Part shown: positions 1 through 12,060 of the stretch, piece by piece
How the letters are laid out: every line of letters starts with the position of its first letter
How positions within the stretch are numbered: the stretch's first letter is position 1
DNA from: Trichinella spiralis
Lineage: Eukaryota
DNA: 64,000 nucleotides
NCBI RefSeq assembly: GCF_000181795.1
Contig: NW_003526943.1
Span: forward strand, 188,487 to 252,486
Direction: 5' to 3'
The notes under the pieces: model-generated
What the model was told of the DNA's origin: nothing
Database searches by the model: none
What the model saw: only the letters and a program-made list of their open reading frames with translations
Translations under genes and position numbers: made by a program

Positions 1-147
1 TAAAAAAATATACAGCTATCCCAAGAGAAAGATTTGATCATGAGCAATTAGACAAGGAAAACCAATACAACAAAGACTTAACGGCCCAAGAAAAGGAAAA
101 CCAATACGACAAAGATTTGACAGTCCAATAAAATAGCGTGGTCAACG
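1..147 (+). mobile_element. Fragment of dispersed repeat X (3' region of a MULE-like DNA transposon)
   Basis: Near-identical to ~19055-19160 (..CAATTAGACAAGGAAAACCAATAC..CCAATAAAATAGCGTGGTCAAC), which lies downstream of the MULE transposase remnant. Carries an internal ~38-bp duplication. Confidence 0.6.
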
Positions 148-630
148 CTGTATTTTTATTTAATTTTTTTCAGCCTATATTAATATCACTCCGAATAATA
201 AGTTGAAATTATTGCATATTTCTTAATTTTACTTCATTTATTTTTACTTTTAAATGTGTGACTTTTATAAAATCAAAGCGTTTTTCAAACAATAATTCTT
301 GAGTTTTATTTTACCACAGTATGCTATTAGCCTGACAGTTTATAAATTAAAGCTGATAGTGACGTCAGCATAAGCTTATCTGACTCCGTTGCTGCAAGCA
401 TTTCTGAATTCAGTTTTGCTTACAATTTGTATGTAATTAACATCTCTACAATTTTGTATGGATTTCGATGACAGAAACGAATAAAAGCAATAACGTTTTA
501 TGTGCGAAAGAATTTGTTGAACTAGAAAACATTGAATGTAGCAGTTTTGAGCATACATTTTCCTCGGATATGAATGAAGTTTGTACAGATGTGTTTTAAA
601 TTGTATTATTTTTATGATTGAATTTTTCAG

Positions 631-3600
631 GTTAATTCAGTATCGGATGTAATCTGTGCTCCGGAAATTGAGATGGTTCCATTTGACATTTCTTTGGCAA
701 GTAGCGACTTGGCAATGCCATTCTTTGATAAAGAAATGTTGGCGTCATCAGTTTTCGAACACGATGTTTCGTACTGTGAAGAGATGAGCGGTACCGCATT
801 TGATGGAGATGAATCTTTGCCAAAATCAGTGAAAAATGCATTGTGTACTGATGACTCAGAGTTGAATTTTCAATCGGTTAATAATTTTTGTGTTTCTCCT
901 TTGCAAATTTTTAAACGAAATGAAACAGAGGAAAATTTAACAGTACAATGCGTTTTGAATGAAGTAAAAAGATCACTGGATGAATGTGGCGAAAGTTTGG
1001 AAAAGGACACGAAAATTATTTCTCCTGAAATGGTAAACTGAAATTTTTCAAAAAAAAATGTTAAAATTTGTTTTTACACATAAATGTTGTTGATTAATTT
1101 TTTTGGAATTATGCTAACTTGTTCAATGAAATGTTATTTACGCTTTTAACTTTCGAAGTTATGATTTGAGTGAACTGCACACTAAATGGGCTTATTTTTG
1201 ATTAAGATATCTTTTAATTTAAAAGTTTTTCTTTCACTTTAGAAAAGTGTAATATATTTTTTTAGTGAGGGACTGACTTTGAGTCAACAACTGCTATTTT
1301 TGCAATTGTAAATTATGTATAATTTAACGAAGTAATGTGTATTATGTTTTTAAAGCATCGTGATATTTCTTTTATTTAACTGTTGGGAAATTATTTTTAC
1401 TAACGTTTCTTCTGATCATTTTTGAATAATTTTACAAATATTTTCATGCATTTATTTAGCAGTTGAAAACTGCAGTGTGAAGTACTTGATGAAAATTTAA
1501 CTTGCTTTTTTAAAATTTGATTTGCATTAATATTTTTTGCTAAAATTATTATTATTATATAAGAAATTGTATTTTTTATTTTTAGGTTCTATCTGCATCT
1601 CCGAATACTGATTTAACACCATGTATTAGAGAGATTAAATTGTCTGATGACTTTGCTGTCCAAAGTGACGATTTTGATGTCTTGTCAAAGGGGAAATCAG
1701 CACCTGATTTAGAGAAAAAATTAAATTCATCTGTTCTTCCAAAGAAAGGTATAAGAGGTATTTTGGTGCTTCCGGCTTCTGTGAAACTTGCAATGGAAAA
1801 TCAAACAAACAGTGCAGTCAAACAACAGCATCAGCCGAGCAAAACTTTTTCACTTGCATCTAGCATGAAGAGAGAAAAAAAGTCCAGTTCGTCATATATG
1901 GAATATAAAAAGAATAATTCAAAAGGTGGGAAAGAAAGAAATTTTATTTATTTACTCAATTAATTTTTTTTGTTTTGAATATAATTTATTGTTGTTGTTG
2001 TTGTTTCAGCTTCACATGCGAACAACTCTGAGAGAAGCATTAATTTGTCCATAAGACGTAACGTTACTTCTATTAAACATGCTGGTGGAAAGAGTGCTTT
2101 GGCTGCAGAAGAGCCGATGGACGATTTGAGTAAAATGGAAAGAAAGTGCAATTTTTCGTGGAGTCCTGAAATGTTGAATGGCAACGCTATTAATGGTGCT
2201 TTGATGATGAGGTTTGTAGTTTTTAAATTAATTTGCATAATTTTTGGATACATTTTTCTTTTTTTCCTTTTTTTTATTTTGTGCAGAGAAAAGTTGGAGG
2301 AAGCTTATCGAAAGGCAATGCAAGCTGAGAAAAGTTTGATTGCCATATACAGTTTGGAGAGAAGATTGTGGAAAACTGCTTTTTATACACCAGTGAAAAT
2401 TTTACGTCAAAAAATGAACGAAAATGGAAAAAATAGACAACAATATAAAAATGCTGCTTTATCAATAATTCTTTCTGTAAATGTTTTGCAAATGCTAATG
2501 TTAACGCAGATAATATTTTTTGCTGCAAATTTTAGGGCATGAAATTTTATAAAAAATTGTTGATTTCTTACCAAGAGATTTGTAAGTTGAAAATTGAAGA
2601 ATACGTTGTTATTTATCCGTTGAATTTGGATTGTCTGGTTAATGGTATACAAAAATGCGCCATTGATCCCACTACACAACAAGTGCTGAATTCTATGCAA
2701 CGCTGTGCTGTTTGTCTGGGCGATTTGGCTCGATATGAGTTAGGATGCACTGGAAAGAAATCACAAGAGTCCGAAATGTATTGATTAATTTTTTACATTA
2801 ATCTATTAAATATTTGGCGTGCATGTTTTTTTAGGTATTATCAAATGGCGATCGTTCTGGGGGCTTTTAGCAGTTATCCATACAATCGTTTGGCAGTGCT
2901 TGGAATTCAGGAAGTAAGCTTGAACTCTTACTTCGATGAATTTATGTTTCTTATACTATTGCTTCGTCATATTTTTAAAATAATTAAAATTTTATTTATG
3001 ATAATATTCTAGTGCCAGGTTCTTATTGAATTCTTTGAATATTGCTGTGTTTGGATTTTAGAATCGTAAATTGGATGCAGTATATTACTTTATTCGAAGT
3101 GTTGCTTTGTCGGTTTCTTCTTCGAACAGTACCGAACATTTGCGAAGCATTTTCAATGATACGAAAGAAGAAGTAAAAAAATTTTATTCATCAATTTGAT
3201 AATTGAATAATTTATAATTAGAAATAAACACTGTAATGATCATTTGTATGTTTTGCGTTAAAATTTGAAAAAGAAATTGCACTATATTATCAATTTTTTA
3301 TGCTCTTGAAAAATTTGAAGATATTCTGCTTATGAAAACACTGAATGATTTATAAGCTTGAAATACAAATGACGTGTCTGAAAACTGAATAAGGCAAAAT
3401 AATTAGTCTTATTTTTTAAAACGATACTTTAATTCGAATAATAATAATAATGTTGTATGTGCACAGTTTCGTTTGGGTTCATGTGTTTGTTGATTTCCTT
3501 TTTTTTCCAAATTAAGATTTCGGCCTATGAAGATTCTTTTGGAAAAATGAAGCACCAGGAAAAGAAAAAATCTAGATCAAAAAAAGATGAAATGTCGAGT

Positions 3601-6201
3601 TGTTTTGCCCAGGAAGTTTGGTATTCTTTTGAAGGAATCAGGATTAAAGATTATGAAAGTGGCATTGAAAGGGGAAGAGCCATAGATGAAATATTAATTT
3701 CTGGCTCCACAGATGAGGTTTGCATTTACCATGTTTAGCTTTTTCATATTTTATTTAATTTATAATTTTTTGTTTAGTTATACAGGCGTTGTGTAGCTTA
3801 TATTCTTCATTTGAACGGCATACTATTCACAAAAATTGAGTAATGCCGTATTTCATATTTCAAATGGTTTTTTTAATAATGAACTTCCATTTAGTGTGGA
3901 TACATTTTCTAATGTTGCAAGAACGGCAGTGATTCAATTTGTTGAATTACTGAGACGTGCTGAAAGTCCCTTGACTGCTACAGGTCTTCTCAAGCTGATT
4001 TTGATAACATTATTTACTGTTCAACACATTCAGATGAAAAGTATGCATTACAATTAAAAATTTTATAATTCCATTATAAATGTTAATGTGGAATTAATGT
4101 TTCATTTATTGTAAATGTAGTGAAGCAGAATAAGAACAATGAAAGTTGCTCAGTTCTACTTCAGCTCGCTGTGCAGTTGACATTGAACATATTTACTATT
4201 CTCTTGTTCTTTATCGAGAAGCAGTTGGAAGCAATTTTGCTTGGTATTGATGATCCATCTGCATTAAGAATGCTTCCAGCTTTGCATATCATGTGCAGAT
4301 GGTTTTCATTACCATCTTCGCTTAAATTAATTCAAAAGATGAACAGTATTGGTCGAATTGAATTTGATGGGTAATTTGTATTATGTGTACATATTTGTGC
4401 TTTTGATTGATTTTGTTTAGATTAGAAATGAAATTGTGGGCTTCGTTTATGGATCTTTGTAAAATGCTGCTCATAGCTAAAACAGAAGGAAAACTGTGCT
4501 TTTCTGAATCTCAGGAAGGAGGTATGCTATTGATGACTGTTTTATATGTATATTTATTTTATAAGCACAATTTTAGATGAAACGATAGCAGTGCACTTGC
4601 CGGAAGATTGTCTATCTGTTGCTTTATTTGTTGATTTTGAACGTGATCCCCCGTTATATTTTATTCAACGAAAATTTAATAAAGTATTATTTTTTGAATG
4701 AATCCATTACTGTTGAATGTTTCATTAATATTATTTTCAGAGCGTTGTTTTGAATCACTTAAGGTTGGAAAGTGTACTGAAACTGGGTGGTCATTTGAAT
4801 GTGAATAACATATACATCAATAGAGATATTGGTGCAGTTGAAGCAGAACCTGTAGATGAACTTTCAGTAAGTATACAGATTTTAAACTAATAAATAGTTG
4901 TACAGTAAAACAAAAATAGAGCAGCATGTAGTATGAAATGTGCTTGCTGCAAGCATATAATATTAAATTTGTTTTGTTCTATAATTAATAATTTTGAAAG
5001 AAAGTAAGGAATTTTAGAAAAATTAAATAAAAAAATTATTAAACTATAAAATGAAAGTAGACTATATTAACCTTTAAAAATGAGAGTTTTAAATTTTTTC
5101 TTTTAAAAATTGTTATTTCTGATCGTTCTTTTTTGTATTTACTCGTATTTATTATTATAAGAAATTGAATGGATTTTTTAAATTATAACGGATTTGTAAA
5201 TAAACCGTATTTAGAACTTATCTAAGAAAGAAGAGGAGTATGATTATGAACTGCATATTTATCCACAACGTCTTGTTATTGATACGAACACTTTTGTCGA
5301 TCATTTGAAATTGATCATAAAACTGGTTAAAATGAAGAAATACACAATTTTAATACCATTGGTTGGTAAGTTAATCATTTTAATTTTATAATAAAGCAGT
5401 CATTATTGTATTATTTCATTATGTCAAATAATTTTAATAAAAATTTTGTTTGTTGCAAAATTGTATAATTACTTATTTTTCTCGTTATATTACAAAATAC
5501 TCTTTAAATTATAATTGGAAAATATTTATTTGCATAGCATTTTTACAATCATAGTATTTACTTTATTAATAAAATTCATTAAAATTTAAAATAAAGTTTC
5601 TGAACCCAGTTTCTGTTATATCGTTTGAATGCATGATTTGAATTTTAGTTTTTAATGAACTTTATGGTTTGGGAAAATATCATGAAAGTGATTGGGTTCA
5701 AACGCAGTGCACACTTGCCATGAAGTTGATTAAAGAGTGGCTTCAGGATGATTCTTTGCATGTAAAGGGAGTTACAACTTCTGGAACCTTAATTAAAACC
5801 TTTGACTTTTTCAACGAAGCAACTGAAAAGGTATTTTTTGAATTATTTTTTATTTTTATGTTGTATACATTTTTTATGTCATAGATTCAAAACGACGACA
5901 AAATTTTGCATTGTTGCGAAATCTTAATAAATAACAAATCCGTCTCCAGCATCACCGCATCATGTGGTATATATTTTAAAATTTATTGCAATATCGGCTA
6001 TTTGAACGTTTTTGATTATGTATATAGAATAATTTAATCAATAGTAATAATAATTTTTGTTTATTTTTAGCACATCCTGAAATTGTGCACCGTGATATTG
6101 TTCTTTTGACTGATGATCGGAATCTGCGTTTAAAGGCATATTCTATGTGCATCCCAGCTCGTACTCTGCAAAGTTTTATTGCCTTGATGAAACTGGGCTA
6201 A
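631..6201 (+). CDS. smg-6: SMG6/EST1A nonsense-mediated decay endonuclease (EST1/TPR region + C-terminal PIN domain), ~18 exons
   Basis: Exon translations include CLGDLARY, YPYNRLAVL and KLDAVYYFIRSVA (EST1 domain). The PIN motifs LVIDTN (~5272-5289), VFNELYGL, NDDKILHCC (~5891) and IVLLTDDRNLRLKA (~6097) carry all three catalytic Asp, which favours SMG6 over SMG5. GT-AG introns; stop TAA at 6199-6201. The start is uncertain (ATG 673 or a small upstream exon). Confidence 0.88.
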
Positions 6202-6659
6202 GAATTAACGGTTTGATAGTGTGAATTTTTTCCCGTATTCACATTACATGTTTTGAAATTCTGAAGTTAATGAATTTCAATTGCAACGCACACTTTCAAT
6301 CACTGCAGTATGCATTATTATCAAGAGACGTTTGAAAAATCTTCCAGTTAAGAAAGTGTGTGAAATGCGAAGTTTAGTGAAGAATGAAGAAAATTCGTGA
6401 AAGAAATTTTATTACAATAGCTGCAGATATCCATTTTATTCAAGCTATTCATATCATTTTCAAGAGAAATGAAATTCCAATCATCCTATTTGCATAAGTA
6501 TGTTAAATATTCTTTAAATATTTGCAGTTAAGAATTTGTTTAATGCATTTTCCGTTTGTCGTATTGTTGATGTATGTTTACTAAATTNNNNNNNNNNTAA
6601 AATTCAAGGAGGATAGTAAATTATTTTTACAAACAGTGAGAGCAGATTTATATATCAGG

Positions 6660-7189
6660 AGGGAAAATCGGTAATAGACCCGAAGAAGAAACAAGGAAGA
6701 AGATAAAAATGCTCCTGGCCACCGCTTATTTATATGTTTTTTATTTCATTGTACTGTATTATTTAGTTTTTCCCTTTTCGTTGTTTCCACTTTGTTAATA
6801 CTGTTCACTGTTGTTTTTTACTGTTGTTGTTAGTGGTGTTGGCTAGTGATAAATAAAAATCACTATTTAACTTATTTTTTGTATTGTTTTTTTCTGAATT
6901 ATTACTATCGCATTTGATATAACGTCACTTTTGTACAATAAAATATAGAATAATGATAAAAATTATTTTCGGGAATGCTGATCATGAAAAAGTATGAACT
7001 TCACCACAGATAATATATTTAAATAAACAAAATTTCAATGAATGACGAAGCTTCAAACAGACACAATAAAATTTTGGAATAATATTTCCATTATTAATGT
7101 TACGTCAATATTATTAAAGTTACGTAATCCAAAATGGAATATTGAACCAATGAAATGAAAAAATGTTACAGCTAATCCCAAGGGAAAGA
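6660..7189 (+). mobile_element. MULE (Mutator-like) transposon remnant: transposase fragment + repeat X
   Basis: ~6685-6726 translates EETRKKIKMLLATA, resembling nematode MULE transposase C-terminal helices. ~6810-7189 is highly similar to ~18715-19083. Confidence 0.65.
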
Positions 7190-7707
7190 NNNNNNNNNNN
7201 NNNNNNNNNNNNNNNNNNNNNNNNNNNNNNNNNNNNNNNNNNNNNNNNNNNNNNNNNNNNNNNNNNNNNNNNNNNNNNNNNNNNNNNNNNNNNNNNNNNN
7301 NNNNNNNNNNNNNNNNNNNNNNNNNNNNNNNNNNNNNNNNNNNNNNNNNNNNNNNNNNNNNNNNNNNNNNNNNNNNNNNNNNNNNNNNNNNNNNNNNNNN
7401 NNNNNNNNNNNNNNNNNNNNNNNNNNNNNNNNNNNNNNNNNNNNNNNNNNNNNNNNNNNNNNNNNNNNNNNNNNNNNNNNNNNNNNNNNNNNNNNNNNNN
7501 NNNNNNNNNNNNNNNNNNNNNNNNNNNNNNNNNNNNNNNNNNNNNNNNNNNNNNNNNNNNNNNNNNNNNNNNNNNNNNNNNNNNNNNNNNNNNNNNNNNN
7601 NNNNNNNNNNNNNNNNNNNNNNNNNNNNNNNNNNNNNNNNNNNNNNNNNNNNNNNNNNNNNNNNNNNNNNNNNNNNNNNNNNNNNNNNNNNNNNNNNNNN
7701 NNNNNNN
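7190..7707. other. Assembly gap (N run)
   Basis: Run of N. Further gaps at ~6588, 8481-8490, ~18100 and 22548-22710. Confidence 0.99.
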
Positions 7708-8470
7708 TATATATGGTGTAAATTGTAAACTTTTTATTTCAACATCTGAACGAAACCGACTAGTGCGTTGGTGAACACTTGAACTGCTATCTGTTTTCAT
7801 TTCTATTTGCAACCTTTCAATGTATATTTCAATGATAACGAAATATTTAAATATTCCGCATCAAAAGCAGCGTCTGTGATGTAGCTGATCTGTTTGATGT
7901 TGCATTTCAAATTACATTTGAACTTGGATATAAGTGAGCATGGAATTTCGAAAGAATTTCCATGCACTTATTCATTATTTTACCGTTTAATTAAATACAG
8001 GGAATTTTTTTCGGCCAAAATTTTATGCACTTAATGAAGTTCGACTGTATTTTATATGAAATGTATGAACGGCAAACAGGATTTTTCATACAAACAGCAA
8101 AACTCATCGACATGTATAATATTACATATATGGATGTTTTGTAACAAAAGAAACTTTGTAAAGATTAAAGTAAAATTCTTGGAATGGAAATAAGAAAGAT
8201 TTAAATAGAACACTCCCAGTAAAATCAAGAAATTAATCAGATGCTAACAATTTAGTAGTTGTCGCTCCTTGGTTAAGCTTGAAAGCTGCAACTGTGAACA
8301 ATTTTTCAATTGTGCATTTTCCATTTGTATTAAAATCGCCTTCACCAACATATGCGATGTAACGAGAAAAGCGAAGAATGTTTCACAAAGGCATATGCGT
8401 GAAATCATGCGTAAAATTAAGTGAAATTGCGAGCTAACGCGTAACGTTAGTATTAGTGCCATTTTGTAAC
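7708..8470. repeat. Dispersed repeat Y (unclassified)
   Basis: Similar to 15613-16260 and 17975-18099 (shared TTCAACATCTGAA..GACTA.TGCG; the first two copies also share GTAAAGATTAAAGTAAAATTCTT). Confidence 0.8.
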
Positions 8471-8500
8471 CCGGAAATTGNNNNNNNNNNAATATTTCAG

Positions 8501-11194
8501 GATGTCGAAGGATTTTTCACCTCATGCAGAGGAAAGCGATGAAAATGGATTGAAGAAATGTATCTTTTTTGCGAAAGTTTGAAGTGAGCTTTCTACTGGT
8601 TGTGTGGATAAATAAATAAATTTGTGATGTCCTGATTAATTTAATGTTTAGGTGTCGTCATGCTGTTTTTTCAGCTTACTTCGGTGGTACTTTGGATAGA
8701 TGTGGTGATAATTGTGACTTTTGCACAGATCCGATTGGTTGTGAAAAGCGAAAGTTCGCTTTTGATCAAGTTGGTTACTCAACGTCTTGGACTTGTAAAA
8801 GTGAAGATGACGCATCAGAACTTTACGGCGGTGGACGCAAAGGACCAGATTGGTATGCTATTATTATTATGCACTTGCTCACAACTGAATAAAATGATTC
8901 TATTAAATTATACCAATTTAAAAAAAAAATTTAAACTGTTATTTTTCAATATTCCATTCCGATTATTTTTCTTTTTATATACAATATGCATAGATAAAAA
9001 ATTTATCTTTATGTACTTGATTAGTTATTACGGTGAAACGAGCAAGCGTTCAAGAATGAATTTTGAAGAAGCGGAAAAAGAGTCGAGGCGGCTTTTAATT
9101 GCCCAAGAAATGAGCAAGCGTAGAAAATGTGCAACAACGGTGAGTTATTATTGTTTACGTTGTTGTTCATTTTTTGATTGGAAAATTATATTTTTCAGTC
9201 GACTAATGCGTCACAGAATGTTACTGCTGACCAAGATTTGAGTAAGGATTTGTTTTTCAATTTTCTCTTCATTCGAGAATGAAATGCTAATTTTGTAATT
9301 TTTCGAAGGTCGTCCCACGGTGGAAGATTTAATCGACAGCGGAAATTCAGTTTCTTTGATCAATTCCCAAGTATATTACTGAGTTGCTTTTGAACATGAG
9401 TAATTTTTTGGTCTTTTTTTTAAGACTCGTAGAGCTGGACTGAAAGCATTGGTCAAAGGAATCACATCGAATTTGATAAGTGCAGGAAAGGAAGAAATTA
9501 AGTAAGTTTGTTTGCTTGCTTGCTTAGTGATTGATGAATTCAGTGAAATATAAAATTAGGATAATTTCATTTCTAGAAATACTTTATTGCTGTTTAAAAA
9601 TTTTAAGATTTTATGCGTTGTTGATTTTTATATTATAAATAATTCGATTATACATATGATGTTATGCATGATTATTGATTTTAGTGAAGAAGTAAGAATA
9701 AAAATTGCTGCTGCAATTGAATACAAAGCATTCAATACATCTCGTACGCCTGGAAATTATCAAGGAAAAGTTTCGCAAAAAGTACATTTATTTAAAATAA
9801 TAATAATGATAATAATAAGGAAATGTTCAAATTTTGTGCTGTATGAAAATTGTTACGTATGTTTCAATAATTGAATATCTTTCGTACTCTGTGCCTACAG
9901 CTGGGAGGAATGAAGAACAGTGCATCAAAGAATGAACTCTATCCGGATATCAGAGATTTTCTAAATGATGAAATTAGGAAAGATGATTCATTGGTCAACA
10001 TTGTACCGGAGATCATTGCAGTAGAGCATGGAGAAAAGGTGAACTTTTAAATGGGGCTTGAAAGCGTCAGAATGGGATATTTATCTTGATGTGTGATTTC
10101 AGAAACCTGAAGCAGAAGAAGAAAATGTTAATTTGGAAAATTATCCAAGCGGTAATGATGATAAACCTGTAAGTTCAAATATAGCACATAATTTTGTCAA
10201 TCAAATATATATATATATATGTATGTTTATTTATTAATTTATTATAGGAAATTTTTGTTTCTTCCAAAGATGATTGCAGCTCATTATTGCCTATGGAGAA
10301 AAGCAATGTACAAACGTGCTCAGAAAAAGATATCACTGTTGAAATGGACAACAAATGTGCTTCTGCTGATTCAAGTGAAGAAAGAAAGGTGGTATGTTAA
10401 AAGCTTGCTTGTTCGAAAGAATAGCTTTTTGTTGTATTGTCGTGGAATATTGTTTTTTACTTTTTATTTAAGCAATTTCTGCTTTTTAGGAGGAACATGA
10501 TCAAATTGAAATTTCCACGGAACCTTCTCAAAAGCGACTTCGAATTGTTGAAACTGAAACATTAACTACAGTTTCTTCTCTTCAAAAGGACAGCAGTAGT
10601 ATTGCTGGGCTTGTTCAGCCTGAACAAAGCACCATTTCCACACATGTAATTCTTTCTTATTTATTATTAACTTTTTTTTAAAATGAGAATTATCTTATTT
10701 GCGCATATAAGTATTATATATGTGTATATAGAATGCGGTGCAAGTGGACAGTGATAAAAATAATGATAAGAAAATACCTGCTGTGGAAATTTTGAATCCG
10801 TATTGGAAAATGGGACGAATTCGCCACAAAGTAAATAAAGATTCAAAAGATCTTAATATTTTATTTAAATCAAATCAATAATTTCTTTTCAGATGCTATT
10901 TAAGAATTTGGCTCGCTATCTTACTCACAACGTCAAACATTTGGATGAGAAAGCAGGTGCATATTTCTTTTTATGTGATTTTTTAACAAATTAAACATTT
11001 GCTTTCTTTCTTGTTAGTGTAAATTAATTTTTGAAAAACTTTATTTCACTTCATATTCAGTAAAAGTTTCCTTTTACTTACTTTTAGGATCGAGAGCGAT
11101 TTCTGAAATGGTGAATTTTATTTTTGGAAAACTAAGAGTACTAGAAACAGACGATCAGTGGCAAAATATTCTTGCTCAGCTATCAAAGAAATGA
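8501..11194 (+). CDS. RECQL5: RECQL5-type helicase, 3' half only (Zn-binding, IRI/KIX-like and SRI regions)
   Basis: CRHAVFSAYFGG..CGDNCDFC (RecQ Zn-binding), ELYGGGRKG (RECQL5-like), AIEYKAFNTSRTPGNYQGKV (IRI-like) and ILNPYWKMGRI..LFKNLARYLTH (SRI). About 14 GT-AG exons; stop TGA at 11192-11194. No helicase core is visible upstream of the gap at 8481-8490. Confidence 0.82.
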
Positions 11195-11389
11195 TTATAT
11201 TATGTCTTATTTTTTTTCAACAACTTTACATAAATATATGCTAATATATACTATACAACAGGCATTTATCTGTGTGTTCAGTTTTTTAAGAAATAAATAC
11301 TCAAAATGGACAGTTGTATTTGAATTAATCATATATCAGTACGCCGTCGTACGGATATTCGTAGTGGCGCCGAAGCCCTTTGATGATGT

Positions 11390-11979
11390 TGACAGAAGAA
11401 AATTAATCACACACAAATGGCACTCCAAAGCCGACATTAAAAAATGCAATGTCCACTGCCCCGTGAAATGGAGAAGCTTTAACAGCTTTTCGGCCGTTTA
11501 CTGCTTTCTTTCTGTTGGCATCATCAAAGTGTTTTACTTTTTATTTTGCCGCGTTCATAAATACTGTTCAAAAGAATGTCAACCGACAGTTGTTTTGCTC
11601 GTCAGATAAATTACACTTTAGCTAGCAATTATACGAGATTTATGCACAATATGCTTTTCTGTTTGTCAGAAATTGTTCTGACGAATAGCTGAAGGCGGAT
11701 TTAGGACAGTGGAAAAAATCTACAAATGATAAATTGTCCACAGCTGCAGTTATTCAGCTAAAACTAAGAGCAGTATGATTGCCGAATGTTATCATTCGAA
11801 TACTTTTCTAATTTTAGCTGGACTGTTCTCTGATAATCTTTCTTGCTTTCAATCAAAGAATTTTACTTTCATCTTCACAAAGTTTGGCTCTTTCACCACT
11901 GTTTTATTTAAATAAAAGAATTAAAATATGCAATTTTATTTACAAATAAAATTTATTTATGTATTTTGTGTTAAACTTT
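11390..11979. repeat. Dispersed repeat Z (unclassified)
   Basis: Similar along its length to ~17430-17995 (AATTAATCACACACAAATGGC, CAGATAAATTAC, ATCAAAGAATTTTACTTT). Confidence 0.8.
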
Positions 11980-12060
11980 TGTAGCGCCGTCGGTTGAAAC
12001 GCACTATTTGTTGTATTGAGCGTTTATTATACAAAGACAAAGATACAAGGAATAACAATG

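Noticed and set aside
7120..7812. Long ORFs of 203-230 aa in the ORF track
   Set aside because: They are almost entirely N-gap translation.
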